Part shown: positions 51,290 through 64,000 of the stretch, in pieces
Layout of the letters: each line of letters opens with the position of its first letter
Position numbering within the stretch: the stretch's first letter is position 1
Source of the DNA: Convolutriloba macropyga
Lineage: Eukaryota
Direction: 5' to 3'
Length of the DNA stretch: 64,000 nucleotides
Assembly: GCF_964194025.1 (NCBI RefSeq)
Contig: NC_134477.1
Coordinates: 44,826,001 to 44,890,000, forward strand
Translations under genes and position numbers: made by a program
The notes under the pieces: model-generated
The model's input: the letters and a program-made list of their open reading frames with translations, nothing else
What the model was told of the DNA's origin: nothing
Database searches by the model: none

Positions 51290-52638
51290 GCAAACCAGCA
51301 ATTTTAACACATGCAATCTTTCTGGACTTAAAAAAGGCATTAGATACAAAAGATCATTCAATTCTCGTAGAAAAGTTGTGGAGAATGGGATTCCGTGGAC
51401 CTATCAATACCTTACTAAAAAGCTATCTAACAAACAGAAAAACAAAAAATATGTTGCGGAGATACTGAATCCTCATTTTTACCTTTAAGAATAGGTGTAC
51501 CTCAAGGCTCAATTTTGGGACCAACACTGTTTATCTTGTATGTAAACGATCTTCCGGAGGCAACAGCTAACCTAACAATGACCCTTTACGCCGATGACAC
51601 AGCTTTGATACAACTCAGTCAATCAGATCTCAGTCAGCTTGTCTTAGGCATGAAACAAACAATTGATTGGTTGGACAAAAAAAACTAACTGTGAACTTCG
51701 ATAAAACTTTTTTATTCAGTTTTCAAAAAAAGGTGGTAACAAAAGCAATCAAATATCATTTGAGAGAAATCACATTGAAAACAAAAAATCGGTGAGGTAT
51801 CTTGAAATCCTGATTGACGAAAAACTAAACTATCAAGATCATATTCAGTATTTGATTCATAAAATGAATGTATTTTGTGCTACATTCTATAAGCTGAGAA
51901 CTGTCTTACACAAAAATCAACTAATTTTTGCGTACAAAATTATGTGCAACCAATCTTACAGTATGGAGTTTTAATATATGGTACAGCTGCAAAGAGTGAC
52001 ATCAAGAAACTTAATAACAAAATCAAACATGTAGTGAGAATTGTATATGGGAAACGTAAAATTGAGTCAATTGAAAACTTCAGAATTGCAGCAAAAATTT
52101 ATAACATAGAAGAGTAACATTTGTATGAGCTATTGAGATAAGTTTTTTAAAAAAATAAGGGAGTTAAATGAGCACAGTACAAAAAATGTTTTTTTTTGGG
52201 GAACGAATGATTTAAACAAAATAAAAACACAGAGAATATGCGCAAAACACTTATAATTTTTGTGTGAAGGACAAATTAACATAAAGATCATTTCAACAAG
52301 AGCCAGAAAATTGTTGGTAAAAATACTAAAATTTCAACCTCGTTTCATTGAAGAAATAGGAAAACTGTCTGTAATAGGTTGTAAAGATTTTGCTCACCGG
52401 TTCCGTGATTACTTTATATTAGGCAGTGCTGATTTGCTAGAAGGTTTCTACTGAGTTTTTTCCTCTTCATGTTTTTCCCAAACAAATGATTGAAATAAAT
52501 CAAGACGCTAAATTTTCTGCTTCATGAGGCACCACATGACGAGGCAATACTGCCTTTTGGTGTTCTCTCGGTTCAGTAAGTGTGTATATAAAAAGTGTAA
52601 AAATATATACATTTTTTTGTTTGTCTGTTCCGAAAACA

Positions 52639-52700
<62 letters not shown>
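51290..52700 (+). mobile_element. 5'-truncated non-LTR retrotransposon (CR1/L2-like RT) with (ATT)n tail
   Basis: FLDLKKA, KSYLTNRK, GVPQGSILGPTLFILYVNDL, LYADDT and RYLEILIDEKL motifs with frameshifts; (TTA)n at ~52640-52700. Confidence 0.88.
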
Positions 52701-52701
<1 letters not shown>

Positions 52702-54418
52702 ATAAAGAGAGATATTACTTTCTTTGCACCATTTTAAGAGATTCATCTGTTGTCCTCTCAAGTTCTATACGCGCTCTAACTTGGCCAATTGGGATTTTAG
52801 AGCACCAGTCATTGTTCCCCTTTTTTTGAAAGTTTTAGTAAAGCCTAGGAAATTTAATGATCACTTGGTTTTCTCCTGATGGATAATGTTTTTTTCCTCT
52901 ATCGTAAATCTTATGAGCATTATATCATTTTTAGGTTTATATAACAGCGTATCCGCAAGTGAATGAGTTACTGCGAGCACTATTGCCTAAAAAGATGGCA
53001 TTAGCACCTTCTTTGATATCACGCGCAAAATATTAAATTATGTTAATTTTAGAGGTCGGCTGAGAACAAACAGATGAAAATTATAGAATTGCTTCAGAGT
53101 TGCTTATGTATAAGGGTTATACTTTCATTTGAGCTCCCGTGCATTTTGAGATCGCGGTGTTGGTTTTAGTTTTCAAAAATATGCGGGCAACTATAAGCAC
53201 CACGGTTTTTCCACGAAGAAGCGCCATTCTCAAATCCACTGGTTGCAAGTGCGTAAAATGCACTAGTCAATTCAGAAGCAAGCATTTTTGAGGCTATCTT
53301 GGTTTTTGTTTCTGATTTCTTAAGAGAAGTCTGAGTAGAACACTGTTTTGTTTTCACGCTACAAAACACCATGTTATCATCATGCTATAAAGCTATTCTG
53401 TTTCTTATAAAGCTAGCATGAAGTTATTGGCATTAAGAAATAACTTCTTGGCGAATTCCGAGTTACTTCTTACCCGCCGCCACAACATTATAGAATGAAG
53501 AGTTAAGAGTGGCTGCAAGGTGATTTTTATATCGGCAACTGTCTTTGATGCTAATTCGCTATACATTAAAAGGATACACAAAGTAGTCGATTACAATCCT
53601 GATATCACAACGTTATATTTATATTTAAAAAAACTTTTGCTTAAAATTATGTTGGACTGCATGTTATCAAAAACACTTAATTTACTGGTCCTCACTTTCT
53701 TAAATGGTTGGTTTCTGCAGCGAACTTAAGTCGCAGATCAAAAATGTTACTATCTAATGTTCCTACCTTCAAATCATTGCAAAAGAGTATGAACAAGCAA
53801 CGTTTCTACTGCGTCTACCAACTAATCAGCTATACTGGTATTAGATCCACTGCTCAGAACCTTTTAGTGGCAAACTGTTTCTCTCAATGAAATGAAATAG
53901 TTCATTTCGACAAATTATTTTTTTATTGGTCGAACTTGGGTGAACCCGTGAACATTGATTGGTTGGAGTTATTACTTATTAGATCGGTTAAATGCCCGAG
54001 CTGACCACCATAAATCTATCATAGATAGCATATCAAAGTCATGTATGATGCGTATGGTATCTTAGATACCATATCAAAGACAATACAAAAAACAAAACAA
54101 GGTCTCAAATGACGTATTTTGGATCGCATATTGAGCATAATTTGATATAATTTGATCTGTAAAACATACCCAAGATCTTATATGGCTTCTTAGAAAGCAT
54201 AGCATGATCATACAAGAAGTTTTGCCTTCTTTTGGATGGAATCATATATGGTCTTTGATATAGTAGCTAAGCGGGTCATCCTGGCTGACTCGGGAGCCTC
54301 CACTAGAATTTTGGGTACCTGATCTTTCACGACTTCTTCATAAATAAGTTAGAAGCTTGTTTGAAGTCATCCCTCCACTCCGTTTTCTTACAAAGTATTC
54401 CTCTACCCCTCTCTGCTA

Positions 54419-54981
54419 CCCGGGTCGAGGTTTGGCGGTGAATTCTTCTATGAAGTGTGGTGAAAAAAACAATTTTCACCGCGTATTTCTTACATATTTT
54501 TGCAGGGAATGCTGTGAATCGCGGTGAATTATTTATTTTCACCGCGTTCTCGGTATTCTTACAAAAGAGACATTTCCATACACGGGTTCGAACCTCTTAC
54601 CTCCTACATGTCTTCAACTCCTTATTCCACTCCGCCAACTATCACTTACTTCTATCATATTTCTTGTGAATTTATGTAAACCTTGGAAAACGAATGCGGT
54701 GAATTTTTGTAAGAAATGCGGTGAATTTCGTGGTGAATTTTCATAAGAAATGCGGTGAAATGTGGTGAATTGTTTTTGTTCACCGCATTCACCGCAGTCA
54801 CCGCATTTATTACAATACTTTGCCACAAAAGTCGATGCCGTGAATTTTTGTACGAAATGCGGTGAATTTCGCGGTGAATTTTTGTAAGAAATGCGGTGAA
54901 TTGCAATCACCGCATTTCGTACAAGAAATTGCCGCATTTACCGCATTTCTTTCAAAAAATCACCCAAAACATCGACCCGGT
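54419..54981. mobile_element. CMC-type MITE with an internal A/B-box cassette
   Basis: TA|CCCGGGTCGAGG...TCGACCCGGT|TA; GCGGTGAA repeats; minus-strand TGGCGGAGTGG (A box) and GGTTCGAACCC (B box). Confidence 0.82.
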
Positions 54982-55178
54982 TATAGAGAACAGAGAGTCA
55001 AGCAGTCAAGTCCAATCTGTATACCCGGGTCGAGGAACATTCTGAAAATTATTTCAGAAATTATCTGAAATGAGCTGAATTTCATTAAGAAAAACGCAGA
55101 AACCTTGAATAATAATGCGTAGTAATTATAGAAGAAATGTAATACACTTCGCAACAAACAACTGTGATTGCATTTCAG

Positions 55179-55520
55179 CAACTGATTACACGTACCTGGT
55201 TACCATCGTAACTTCTCAGGAAGCAACTGCGGGAACAAATGATGTCATAAGTATTCGTCTCCAACCAGGCGACGAAGATGTTGTCCTGAATGGAGCAAAC
55301 TTGGTAACTGACGAAGAGCTCGGTAAGAATAAACTGCAATCTCTGATCACTTTTTATCAGCTCAGTCAAGCCACCCAGGGTTAGATCTCGGCTCATGGAA
55401 ATAATTTGTAGTTCTAGTGGGAGGGGGGCAGTATTGATCATAATTACACGGTCCAGCACATAGTTAAAGTCGAGGTAGTGTATATTCATGGGTCCAGCTA
55501 GGGTGTTTTCATAGCCGGTT
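55179..55520 (+). pseudogene. PLAT/LH2-domain-like exon(s), apparently disrupted
   Basis: TTTCAG|exon 55179-55322|GTAAG encoding YTYLVTIVTSQEATAGTNDVISIRL (PLAT N-terminal pattern). A 38-nt intron follows, and the next exon contains stops. Confidence 0.55.
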
Positions 55521-56559
55521 AGGGTCGAGCATGGTGTTTTCATAGTTTGAGCAAGAGAATTGTTAATAGGAATTGATTGTTTTGTCATTTCCATTTGTTT
55601 ATTCGCATGTTTTCCTAAGGATCAAGCAGACATTCTCAAACAATACCAAACTGGCGTTGCAACAAGCAATCAGGCGCAGAAAATTGTTTGAGTTTTCCGA
55701 AAATCTCAAGAAGAATTTGACTCTTGAGTCAAAAATAGGCTGTATTACATAATTCGTAAAAAAAATGAGTTACTCTGATTTTTAAGTCATTTTTAAAAAC
55801 AAAAACTTGAAAACTTTGATCATCATAATCGCAAAATAGCACAGTTCCATGTTTTAATTAAAACCTCCTCAAAAATTGAAAATTACAGAGGAGAATTCCC
55901 GTCGACTGCGTTTTATGCAATAGCCGACACTTAAATAGCATATTAGTGAATTTTTCGTCATAGTAAAAGTTTTTGATCGAGTTAAACTCAAGAATTTCAT
56001 TTCGGTTGAACTAAAGTCCAGCGGCAAAAGCTTGGGTCGGGCTAACTTGGGTCGAACAGCAAAAAAGTCTTTTGGGCCAATCATGGCATTTCAAATAGTT
56101 GAGCCGTAAACCTTGGTATCTAAAAAAAACTACAGAAAAACTCAAGAAACTCAAAAATATCAGAAGGAAAACTTAAAGTTGAAGGCAAATGGTGTAAAAA
56201 TGCAGAACTCAGTATAGATTTCAATGCGGCAGATTTTCAAATTGTAGCAACGCATAATAAAATTGGATCTCCCTTTAGATTATGCAAAAAAGCACCTACC
56301 CTATAGTATACTAGCTTAAAAAGTTAATGATAATCATTGATAAGTTGTGTATTGATGTGAGAGCGAAGTATTAATCAACGTTTCAATTGGCGGTAAGATT
56401 TTTTTTACAAATCAGTCGGTTTATATAGCATTATGTTCCCGCAATCATAGCTTAATGGTTGTGACATCAAATTCGAACTGTAAATTTAAATCAAAAATCG
56501 GAATTTATCGGAAGTCATTCTTGACTTCCTTCACCCCTCCTTTCGGGTTGGGTGTCACC

Positions 56560-59500
56560 TAAGGGAGCCGCACGAAACCTAGCGTGTTTCGTTTTCCCTA
56601 ATCCCTTGGTGAGGACATCTGCAATCATGAGGTCAGTTCAGGTTACAAATATTTCAATTCGAGCTCACCCCTTTCTACAAGCTCCCTTATGAAGGGAAGT
56701 TTAAGTGCAAATTGTTTTGTTTTTCCATAGTGGTGGACTGTTTGCTGAGCGCTATGCATGCCTGGTTGTCGACAAAAATCTCAATAGGTTTTTGTACCTC
56801 AACGCTTAAGTCCTGCAGCAGATATCTCAAGTGAATGGCCTCCTTTGTTACCTCTACCAAGGAATTCATTTCGGCACTGCCGTTGATGTAGCAACACATC
56901 TTGAAACCTTTGTTGACCGGCTGACAACGGCTGAGCTACTACTAAATTTGAAACAATATCCTGAAGTGCTTTTCCTATGGTCTAAATTTCCTGCCCAATC
57001 GGCATCGGAGAAACACTCTAAGGTTAACTTATCTCCCCTCCTAAAAACTAAACTCTTTGACTTAGAACCTCTGAGGTATCTCAAAACTCTGCTTCCGGCT
57101 TTTCAGTGCTTTTCCGCTGGACTCTCAACAAAAGAACTTAAGAAGTTTGCTGCAAAAGAAATGTCTGGTCTACTCGAGCAAGCTAAATAATTCAAGCAAC
57201 CCACTAAATTTCTTCAATCAAAATTTTTCATGCGCCCTTGCTCTTCACTCCCCTCCTGAGGGCAGTCTTCTCTTGTTAGTTTTATTTTTGCAAGTGGTGT
57301 CTCTACTGATTTGCATCTTTCTAGTCCAAATCTCTTTAACAGTTTTTCAATATACTGTTCTTGGTTGATTTCAATGGAATTTTCCCTTTTCACAATTTTC
57401 TTTCAAAGAAACCAACAAAGATCCCTACAATCACTTATTTTGAAATCCTTAGACAGCTCATTCTTGAACCAAGAGGAGAAGTTTTCCTGAAATTCACAGC
57501 TTATTATATTATCTACCCACAAGCAAACTGCGCCTTGAAATTGTCTTTCACTTTTCTTTATGAACAAACAATTCTCATGAACCAAAGATTCAAAACCTTT
57601 AGCTACCTAAAAGTTCCTAAATGTAAGATACCAATTCCTTCCTGACTGCTTAAGACCGTAAAGATTTTTGTTCATTAAACAAACAAGAGGTTTTCTTTTG
57701 TTGTCTAATTGCTCAAAACCTTCTGGTTGTTTCATGTAAAATTCTTCAGCTATATGTGCGTTAAGATATGCCGTTTTTTATATCCATTTGTCTTATTTTC
57801 GACCCTTTTTGAACACACAAGCTCACAAGTAAACGAATTGTTGGTAACCTAGTCGTTGGTTAGTAGTTCTCATGAAAATCCTTCCCTAAGACTTGACTGT
57901 AACATTTGGCCACGAACCTTCCTTTGAATCTACTTATCTCCCCCGTCCTACCATATTTAACTCCAAAATGACATCTACTACCCACTACTTTTGCTCCATT
58001 ATCCTCAATTAGATCCCGAACTGTATTTTCGCTCAGTGAGTTATATTCGTCCTGCATTGCATTCTTCCAGTTTTCATTCTTGAGCGCCTCTTTTGCGTTT
58101 TTAAGTAACAAATTTTGATCAACAATTTCACTTAAAAAATTATTTCACTCATCTCTTTGTTTAACTCATGTTCTAGATTTGCCTGTTCAACCACTCCGAA
58201 TTAATACTTGTTCTCGTCGAATTTTGAATTCCTTGTTTTTTGAACCTTAACTTCCCAGCGATCGTTTTCTTTTCCTATCAGAAAAGATCTACTATCGAGT
58301 GCATGACCTAAGAAATTTCCCTTCTTTGCTTTTCTGTCTATTTTGTTTCTGAATTGTTTCTCTATGAAAGGGTAAGCAATACAACCGAACACTTTCATGA
58401 AACTAAGATTTGGTTTCTCACCATACATGGCTTCATGAGGGGTTTTCTTTATTGCCGAATGATAGCAAAAATTTTTAAAATAGAATGCCATGTTGATTGA
58501 ATAAGTCCAATACTTTTTCTCTAAAGAAGCCTGATCTCCTAAACATCTAGCAATTCCTACAGTGACGTCCCAGAGTTTTTGAATTTTACCATTTTCTTGT
58601 GGCGTGTACGCCGCAGAATTCTCAAGCCTGATTTCTTTTAGCCGGGCAAACTTTTTAAAGTCGTTAGCTATGTTCTCTTTTGCACCATTTGAGACCAAAT
58701 TTAACGGCTGGCCTACATCTGCACAAAATTGTTGAAATTTCTCTAGATTCTCGTCCCTTGACTTCATAAAGTAAACCCTACAAAATCTACTGAAGCTATC
58801 AACGAATCTTATCGCGTACTTGTGGCCATCTACAGCCTCGGGAGTAATAGGCCCTAAGATGTCTGTGTGCACAATGTCCAACACTGCTTGTGCTCTTGTT
58901 GTGCAATCTTTTGCTTTTGTTTGTTTCTTGTCCTTATTCAAATCACAAATCTCACATACATCTATCAAACTGTCGCTGATACGAATTCCTTCAACGTGTT
59001 CAGCTAGTTTGCTAAGGTCCGTAAAATTGTTATGACACAATCTTTTGTACCACATTTATAAGCTACTGGACAGTAGGCAGTTTTCCTTGCAAGTTTTATC
59101 AATCTCACTAAAGTCCCAAATGTAGTTTTTCTCCTGCCTAATTGGTACTCAACTCCGCTTTTGTCAATTATGCTTAGTTCTGGTCCTATCAAAACTTCAG
59201 CTCCTGCTTCTCTAAGTTTACTAATAGACACTAGACTGTGTGAACTTTCAGGTATAAACAAGGCGTTCTCCAGGATAAATTTTCTGTTAAACTGATTAAA
59301 TTTAACTAAAAATGCAACTGTACCTCGGCCACAAATCTCAGACTCTGTTTTGTATGCGTTCTGTACTTTGCCCGAGAAACTATCATCGATATCGATAAAC
59401 ATTTCCCTGTTGGTTATCATGTGACCATATGACTTGTTGCCCCTGAATCTAGCACTAGCCCTACTCCCTCATCCCCAACTGTGCATAAAAACAAACTAAA

Positions 59501-60397
59501 GTATTCTTCATCTTTAGCTAAATTCTCTTTCTCATTTCTAACGCTTCGCCTGGCATGTTTCTCAAACTTTTTATTCCTACACTCTGTAGCTATGTGTTCA
59601 AATTTATTGCAATTGTAGCACTGAATTACTTAGCTGGTACTAGGCTGTGGGTTATGAGGTTTCCGGTTATTGTTTGATCGACAGAATTTTGCAATATGTC
59701 CTAACTTATTACAGTTATGGCACCTCTTCTGCTTTGTTAGGGAGACATTTTCACTTGCGTTTTTCCTATCACTCTCTATTCTTTGCTCAGTGTCCAAGTT
59801 GATCAGATCTCGCTTCAACTCATCAAGTGACTTATCCTCACTGCCGTACTTAACAAGTGTGACAACTTTATCAAATTCGTTCGGCAGACCTTTCAGTAGA
59901 ATTGTTGCGAACATTTTTTCACTCAAACCCTCGTTCACTTGGTTAAGGTTATATTGTAGTTCCTCTGCTCTTGTTATATATTCGATTAGTCTTTCGTCGT
60001 CTCTTTTAACAAGGCTAGTGAGCTCGCGGACTAACTTTTGTAATCTAGTTCTCTCAAAGCTATGGAATCTCTTAGTTAACACATCCCACGCTTGAGCCCC
60101 ATCTCCTTTATGAGGCCTAAGATAAAGAACTGACTGCTTTTCGAGCGCCAAAACAAGCTCATACTATATTTGCATTTGTTTTTCTTTAAAATTTTCTCTC
60201 CCTTTAGCTATAGCTGCGTCTTTTTTGGCTCGTGAAGCGTTAGGGCGTGTAGAAGGGACATAATCTTCAAAAGTGCTACTACCATCAAGTACCTTGTACA
60301 ACTTAAGGACAAAAATGCGAGCTTTAAATTGCTCTGAAAAGTACAAAAAGTCTTCCTCTTTCCCACTGAATTGGATACGTTTGTTCTTAACACTCAT
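56560..60397 (-). pseudogene. Copia gag-pol (many stops and frameshifts)
   Basis: Two Zn knuckles (CHNCNKLGHIAKFC, CYNCNKFEHIATEC), integrase (HTDILGP, PQENG), RT (KGRFVAK, LWVDN) and RNase H (SDADWAG, DNQAC). Confidence 0.92.
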
Positions 60398-60442
60398 GTT
60401 TTGTCTAACCAGTCTATCAATTCAAAACAAAAATTGGTCTCT

Positions 60443-60692
60443 CTAATCAATTTATCAATTCAATATCTTTTCACTTGTTAATTTCATACAAAAACCAACT
60501 CTCAGGAGAACTAGGATTAAAAGGTGGGCAAACAAAAAGGTCCTACATGCACACACTACCCCCTTTTCTAATCAATTTATCAATTCAATACCTTTTCACT
60601 TGTTAATTTCATACAAAAACCAACTCTCAGGAAAACTAGGATTAAAAGGTCGGCAAACAAAAAGGTCCTACATGCACACACTACCCTCTTTT
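60443..60692. repeat. Tandem ~125-bp duplication in the Copia 5' UTR
   Basis: CTAATCAATTTATCAATTCAATA...ACACTACCC occurs twice in tandem. Confidence 0.85.
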
Positions 60693-62889
60693 CTATGTCA
60701 TTACTGGTCACTGAGAAACGGCCAGGCCACGTCCTTACGAGGTTCGACTGTAAAAGGTACCTCTAGGTCGGTTGTTATCCTTAGCGGAACCAAGGTTGCA
60801 ATAACTTCACAGACTCAAGGGCAGTCTCTACATGTATCGCCCCTTATTAGCATGATTATTTCTCCAAATTTTTATTAATTTTCAATCAAGTTCAACCGTA
60901 TTTGTAGAGTGTTTAGGTTTTGCGCTGCTTTACACGTTTATTAAAACGTTTTTAAATAAAATCTGAACGTTGTTCAGCAAATGAGCACTTTTTCCAGAAA
61001 AAACAAACGGTGTTCGATTAGGGTGCGCTTTTTCAGAAAAATGTCCGAACGGTGTCCGGAAATGCAAGCGCGTCACAACCAATAAGCTACCTTTTAGGAA
61101 AGTAGCTTTTTACAAATTTAGAACAATTAATGTTTTCAGTCTTGGTTTGGCACTTTGCCGGCACTCAAACAGACTCCTTCAAAACTAGGACCTGGAACTT
61201 CACCCTGCTGATCCTTGCTAGATACTCGTTTCGAATTCTCCTTTGCTCTCTCTTTTTGGCTTTTCGTCACTTTGGCCCTTTCTTGTCTCTTTGGCAGTGT
61301 TTTGTCTCTTTGCTGTTTCGTCTCTGTTTTTGTTCGGCCGCCTTGCAGAAAAAAGTTTTGTTTTTAACTGTGCGTTTGGCTGGGCACAGTAACCTGACAA
61401 GCTGTGTATTGATGTGAGAGAGAAGTATTAATCAACGTTTCAATTGGCGGCAAGATTTGTTGCAAATCAGTCGGATTATATATCATTATGTTCCCGCAAT
61501 CATGGCTTAATGGTTGCTACATCAAATTTGAACTGTAACTTTTAAATCAAAAATCGGAAATTATCGGAAGTCATTCTTGACTTCCTTCAATCATCATAAA
61601 CATTGAAATATTAAAATGTGAGTTTTTTTAAAAAAATATATTACATCAATTTGATCAAAATTGAGTCCACGTTTTGAAATCGTAAGCTTCAGCGTCCTTT
61701 TGACACCAATTCTGGTTTTTTTTACAATGCAACTGGATTAACTTTGATTGAAAAATCCTAAATAATGTCATAGATAATAATATTAATATCCTAAATCCAT
61801 TGAGACTAATTTCGTAATAATGTCGTGCTCTAAATCATTGTCAGTTGCTTTTGCTATATGTTTAACACCACTGGCACTGGCTATATCTTGGGTCGAAAAT
61901 TTTTGTTCAGTTTAAAATTTTTCTTATCAATTGATTAGTACCGTTTTTGGCCTGCTTAAAGTGTCTCTGTTACTGTCGCAAAAAAAAGTTGGGTTTGAAC
62001 AACTACAACTACTGACATCTTTGGAGTTTTGTTTATTTTTCTTCAACCAGCTGAAAAAAAAACAAAACAATGATGCTGGTTAATGTGCGTTTGTACATGA
62101 TGCTCCGACCAGAGCTCATTTACATTTATGACCTAATTGTCCACCTAAGGATGAGATAATTAAAAATAGATGTTTGAGTTTAAAAACGTTACAAAACGGA
62201 ACTACTAGTTGAATTGCATAATACCATGTCTCCTTACAGCACTCACAAGATCTACCATTAGAAAGACTGCGAGGAAAAAACAAACACAAAAATAGGCAAG
62301 AGCAAAAATTTTTCAGCGAATGTGTTAAAGAAGAGGGAAAGAAACACAAATATTGATCACTCACAAAAATTTATAAAGACGCATATTGTCCAGAAAACAA
62401 AACATGAGTTGCGACATGACATCACGGAATGAAGAGTTTTTGAATTACAAAGAAATTAGATGGAACCTCTCAATGATTAGAATAAATTACAAGCTGACGA
62501 AAAAAACAAAGACTGAAAGGTATAAAAAGTTTTTTGAAGGAACAATATCGTAAACTTTTATAGTATTTGACATAAATTGAATGCATTGATTAACATAATT
62601 CATTCAATCTTCAATTAGAAGCCTGTGAGAGCAGTCATCATGTTACGACTACATGAAAAAAGGGCAAAGATAGCAAATTCAAAAAATTTTGAGGGAAAAA
62701 AGTGTCGAATCCAAACAAAAAAAAAGTGGTGAAAGTTTTTCTAATCTGATATAAATTTTTTAGCAGCAATTGGATTCATTTTTTAATAATATGACTTTAA
62801 TGACTTTAATAATATAAAAATTCAACAAGTATGAACAAATATAATAAAACCACGAAATTTTTAAGAAATCACATTATATCAACAATGTT

Positions 62890-64000
62890 GAATTTTCAAT
62901 AGCTTTCAACGGAAGACCAAAAAATGTGCTAAGTTATGCCTTAATGAGAAAGCAAAGATGTTTGTCAATCATAAGTCATCAGAAGAACATCACAATAAGT
63001 CTTGTGAATATGAAGACAACAACAAATACATGCAAAAACCAAAAATTCAGAAGAAAAATTCAAAAAGAAAGTGTTGAAGGCATTCAAACTCTTCGCCGTT
63101 GTCTGAAATTTTTATATATAATCCATTGGACGTCTTCTATAAGCCAATGGGAACCATCAATATTATGATAAAGAGATAAGATTTCAAAAAGAACCAAATT
63201 TTGAAAAAAACAATCCGAAATCTTTTGAAGTTATAATAAATCTCATGGCATTGAAGTCATAAAGCAATCAGTTAGCAAATAGAACCGCTTACCATATTAA
63301 TTTAATTGCAGTTAAATGAAAGGGGTTCCTGTCATCACTGAGACTGAAATATAGTTCTTGAAAATATGTTTGATAAGGGTTATTGTCCAAAGAAGTCTTT
63401 GCAGCCATTAAAATCAATAGCTCTCAACGGAAGTCAATAAAAACGCAAAATTAAGCCTCGATGAGGAGATAAGGAAATTTGTCATTCTTATGACATCAAT
63501 AGGATATCACAATAAGTTTTTTCTGATTATGAAAACAACAACAAAAGCAGGCAAAAACCAAAAGTTCAGTAGAAAAGTGCAAGAAAGTGTGTAAGCCACA
63601 TAAACCATAATTCTTTTTTTTCTAAAAAGTTTATCCATTACCTATTGCCCGTTTTCTCTATGCGTCTGAGAATTATCATTTTTAGAAATTTGTGATAAAT
63701 TTTTGAAGTAAACCAAAATTATAAAAAAGCCAAAAAATAAAAAAAAATTATGCTAACTTATGGCATCGAAGTCATAAAACCAATAGATAGAAGACAAAAC
63801 CATTATACAGATTCATTTTAGTTGCAGTAAAACACGATGGACGTCATGTCATTACTGAGACTGACTTACTTTGCACGAAAATAAAATTTAAGGTTGGTTA
63901 ATGTCCGAAAAAAGATCTAAAAACCTATATTTAAGGTCTTAACAACCAATAAAATCAAGATTTTTAAACTTAAGTGAAAAAGTACACTACCTTATGCCGC
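62890..64000. repeat. Degenerate ~517-bp tandem repeat
   Basis: CAATAGCT.TCAACGGAAG at 62897/63415, ATGGCAT.GAAGTCATAAA at 63245/63760, GTCAT.ACTGAGACTGA at 63331/63848. Confidence 0.65.

Larger units (their letters stand above)
56338..61589 (-). mobile_element. Full-length decayed Ty1/Copia LTR retrotransposon
   Basis: LTRs at 56338-56533 and 61395-61589, ATCAT TSD, copia-like PBS GGTTACTGTGCCCAG, PPT AGGAGGGG, gag-PR-IN-RT-RH order. Confidence 0.95.

Noticed and set aside
52524-52829. Poly-Leu and poly-Ile ORFs
   Set aside because: Translations of the (TTA)n LINE tail.
53995-54275. Possible small CCCG...CGGG MITE
   Set aside because: TIR match is poor and the flanks differ (TG versus TC).
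55024-55035. Solitary CCCGGGTCGAGG terminus
   Set aside because: No matching opposite end found.

Overview
AT-rich eukaryotic DNA, probably from an invertebrate animal (inferred from spliceosomal-type introns and the element families present), made almost entirely of transposable elements. No rRNA, intact tRNA or CRISPR array was found. From left to right: (1) the 3' part of a decayed Ty3/Gypsy element with RNase H, integrase, a chuvirus/gB-like envelope glycoprotein and extra ORFs (1 to ~11000); (2) small CCC...GGG-ended, 2-bp-TSD non-autonomous DNA elements; (3) a 22.6-kb CMC/EnSpm(CACTA)-type DNA transposon (15596-38175, TA TSD). Its minus-strand gene cluster carries a BEN-like ORF, an unknown gene, a Suv4-20-like SET domain in frame with the transposase, and an SGNH/GDSL hydrolase. 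Seven hairpins with a conserved 12-nt core and different, self-complementary stems punctuate the cluster, and three internal satellite arrays surround it; (4) a 2.5-kb CMC-type element with a tRNA-like Pol III cassette; (5) a complete gag-only LTR element with 2.9-kb LTRs (41899-50094); (6) a 5'-truncated LINE; (7) a PLAT-like exon remnant; (8) a full-length decayed Copia element (56338-61589). All protein-family calls come from manual motif recognition, not database searches.
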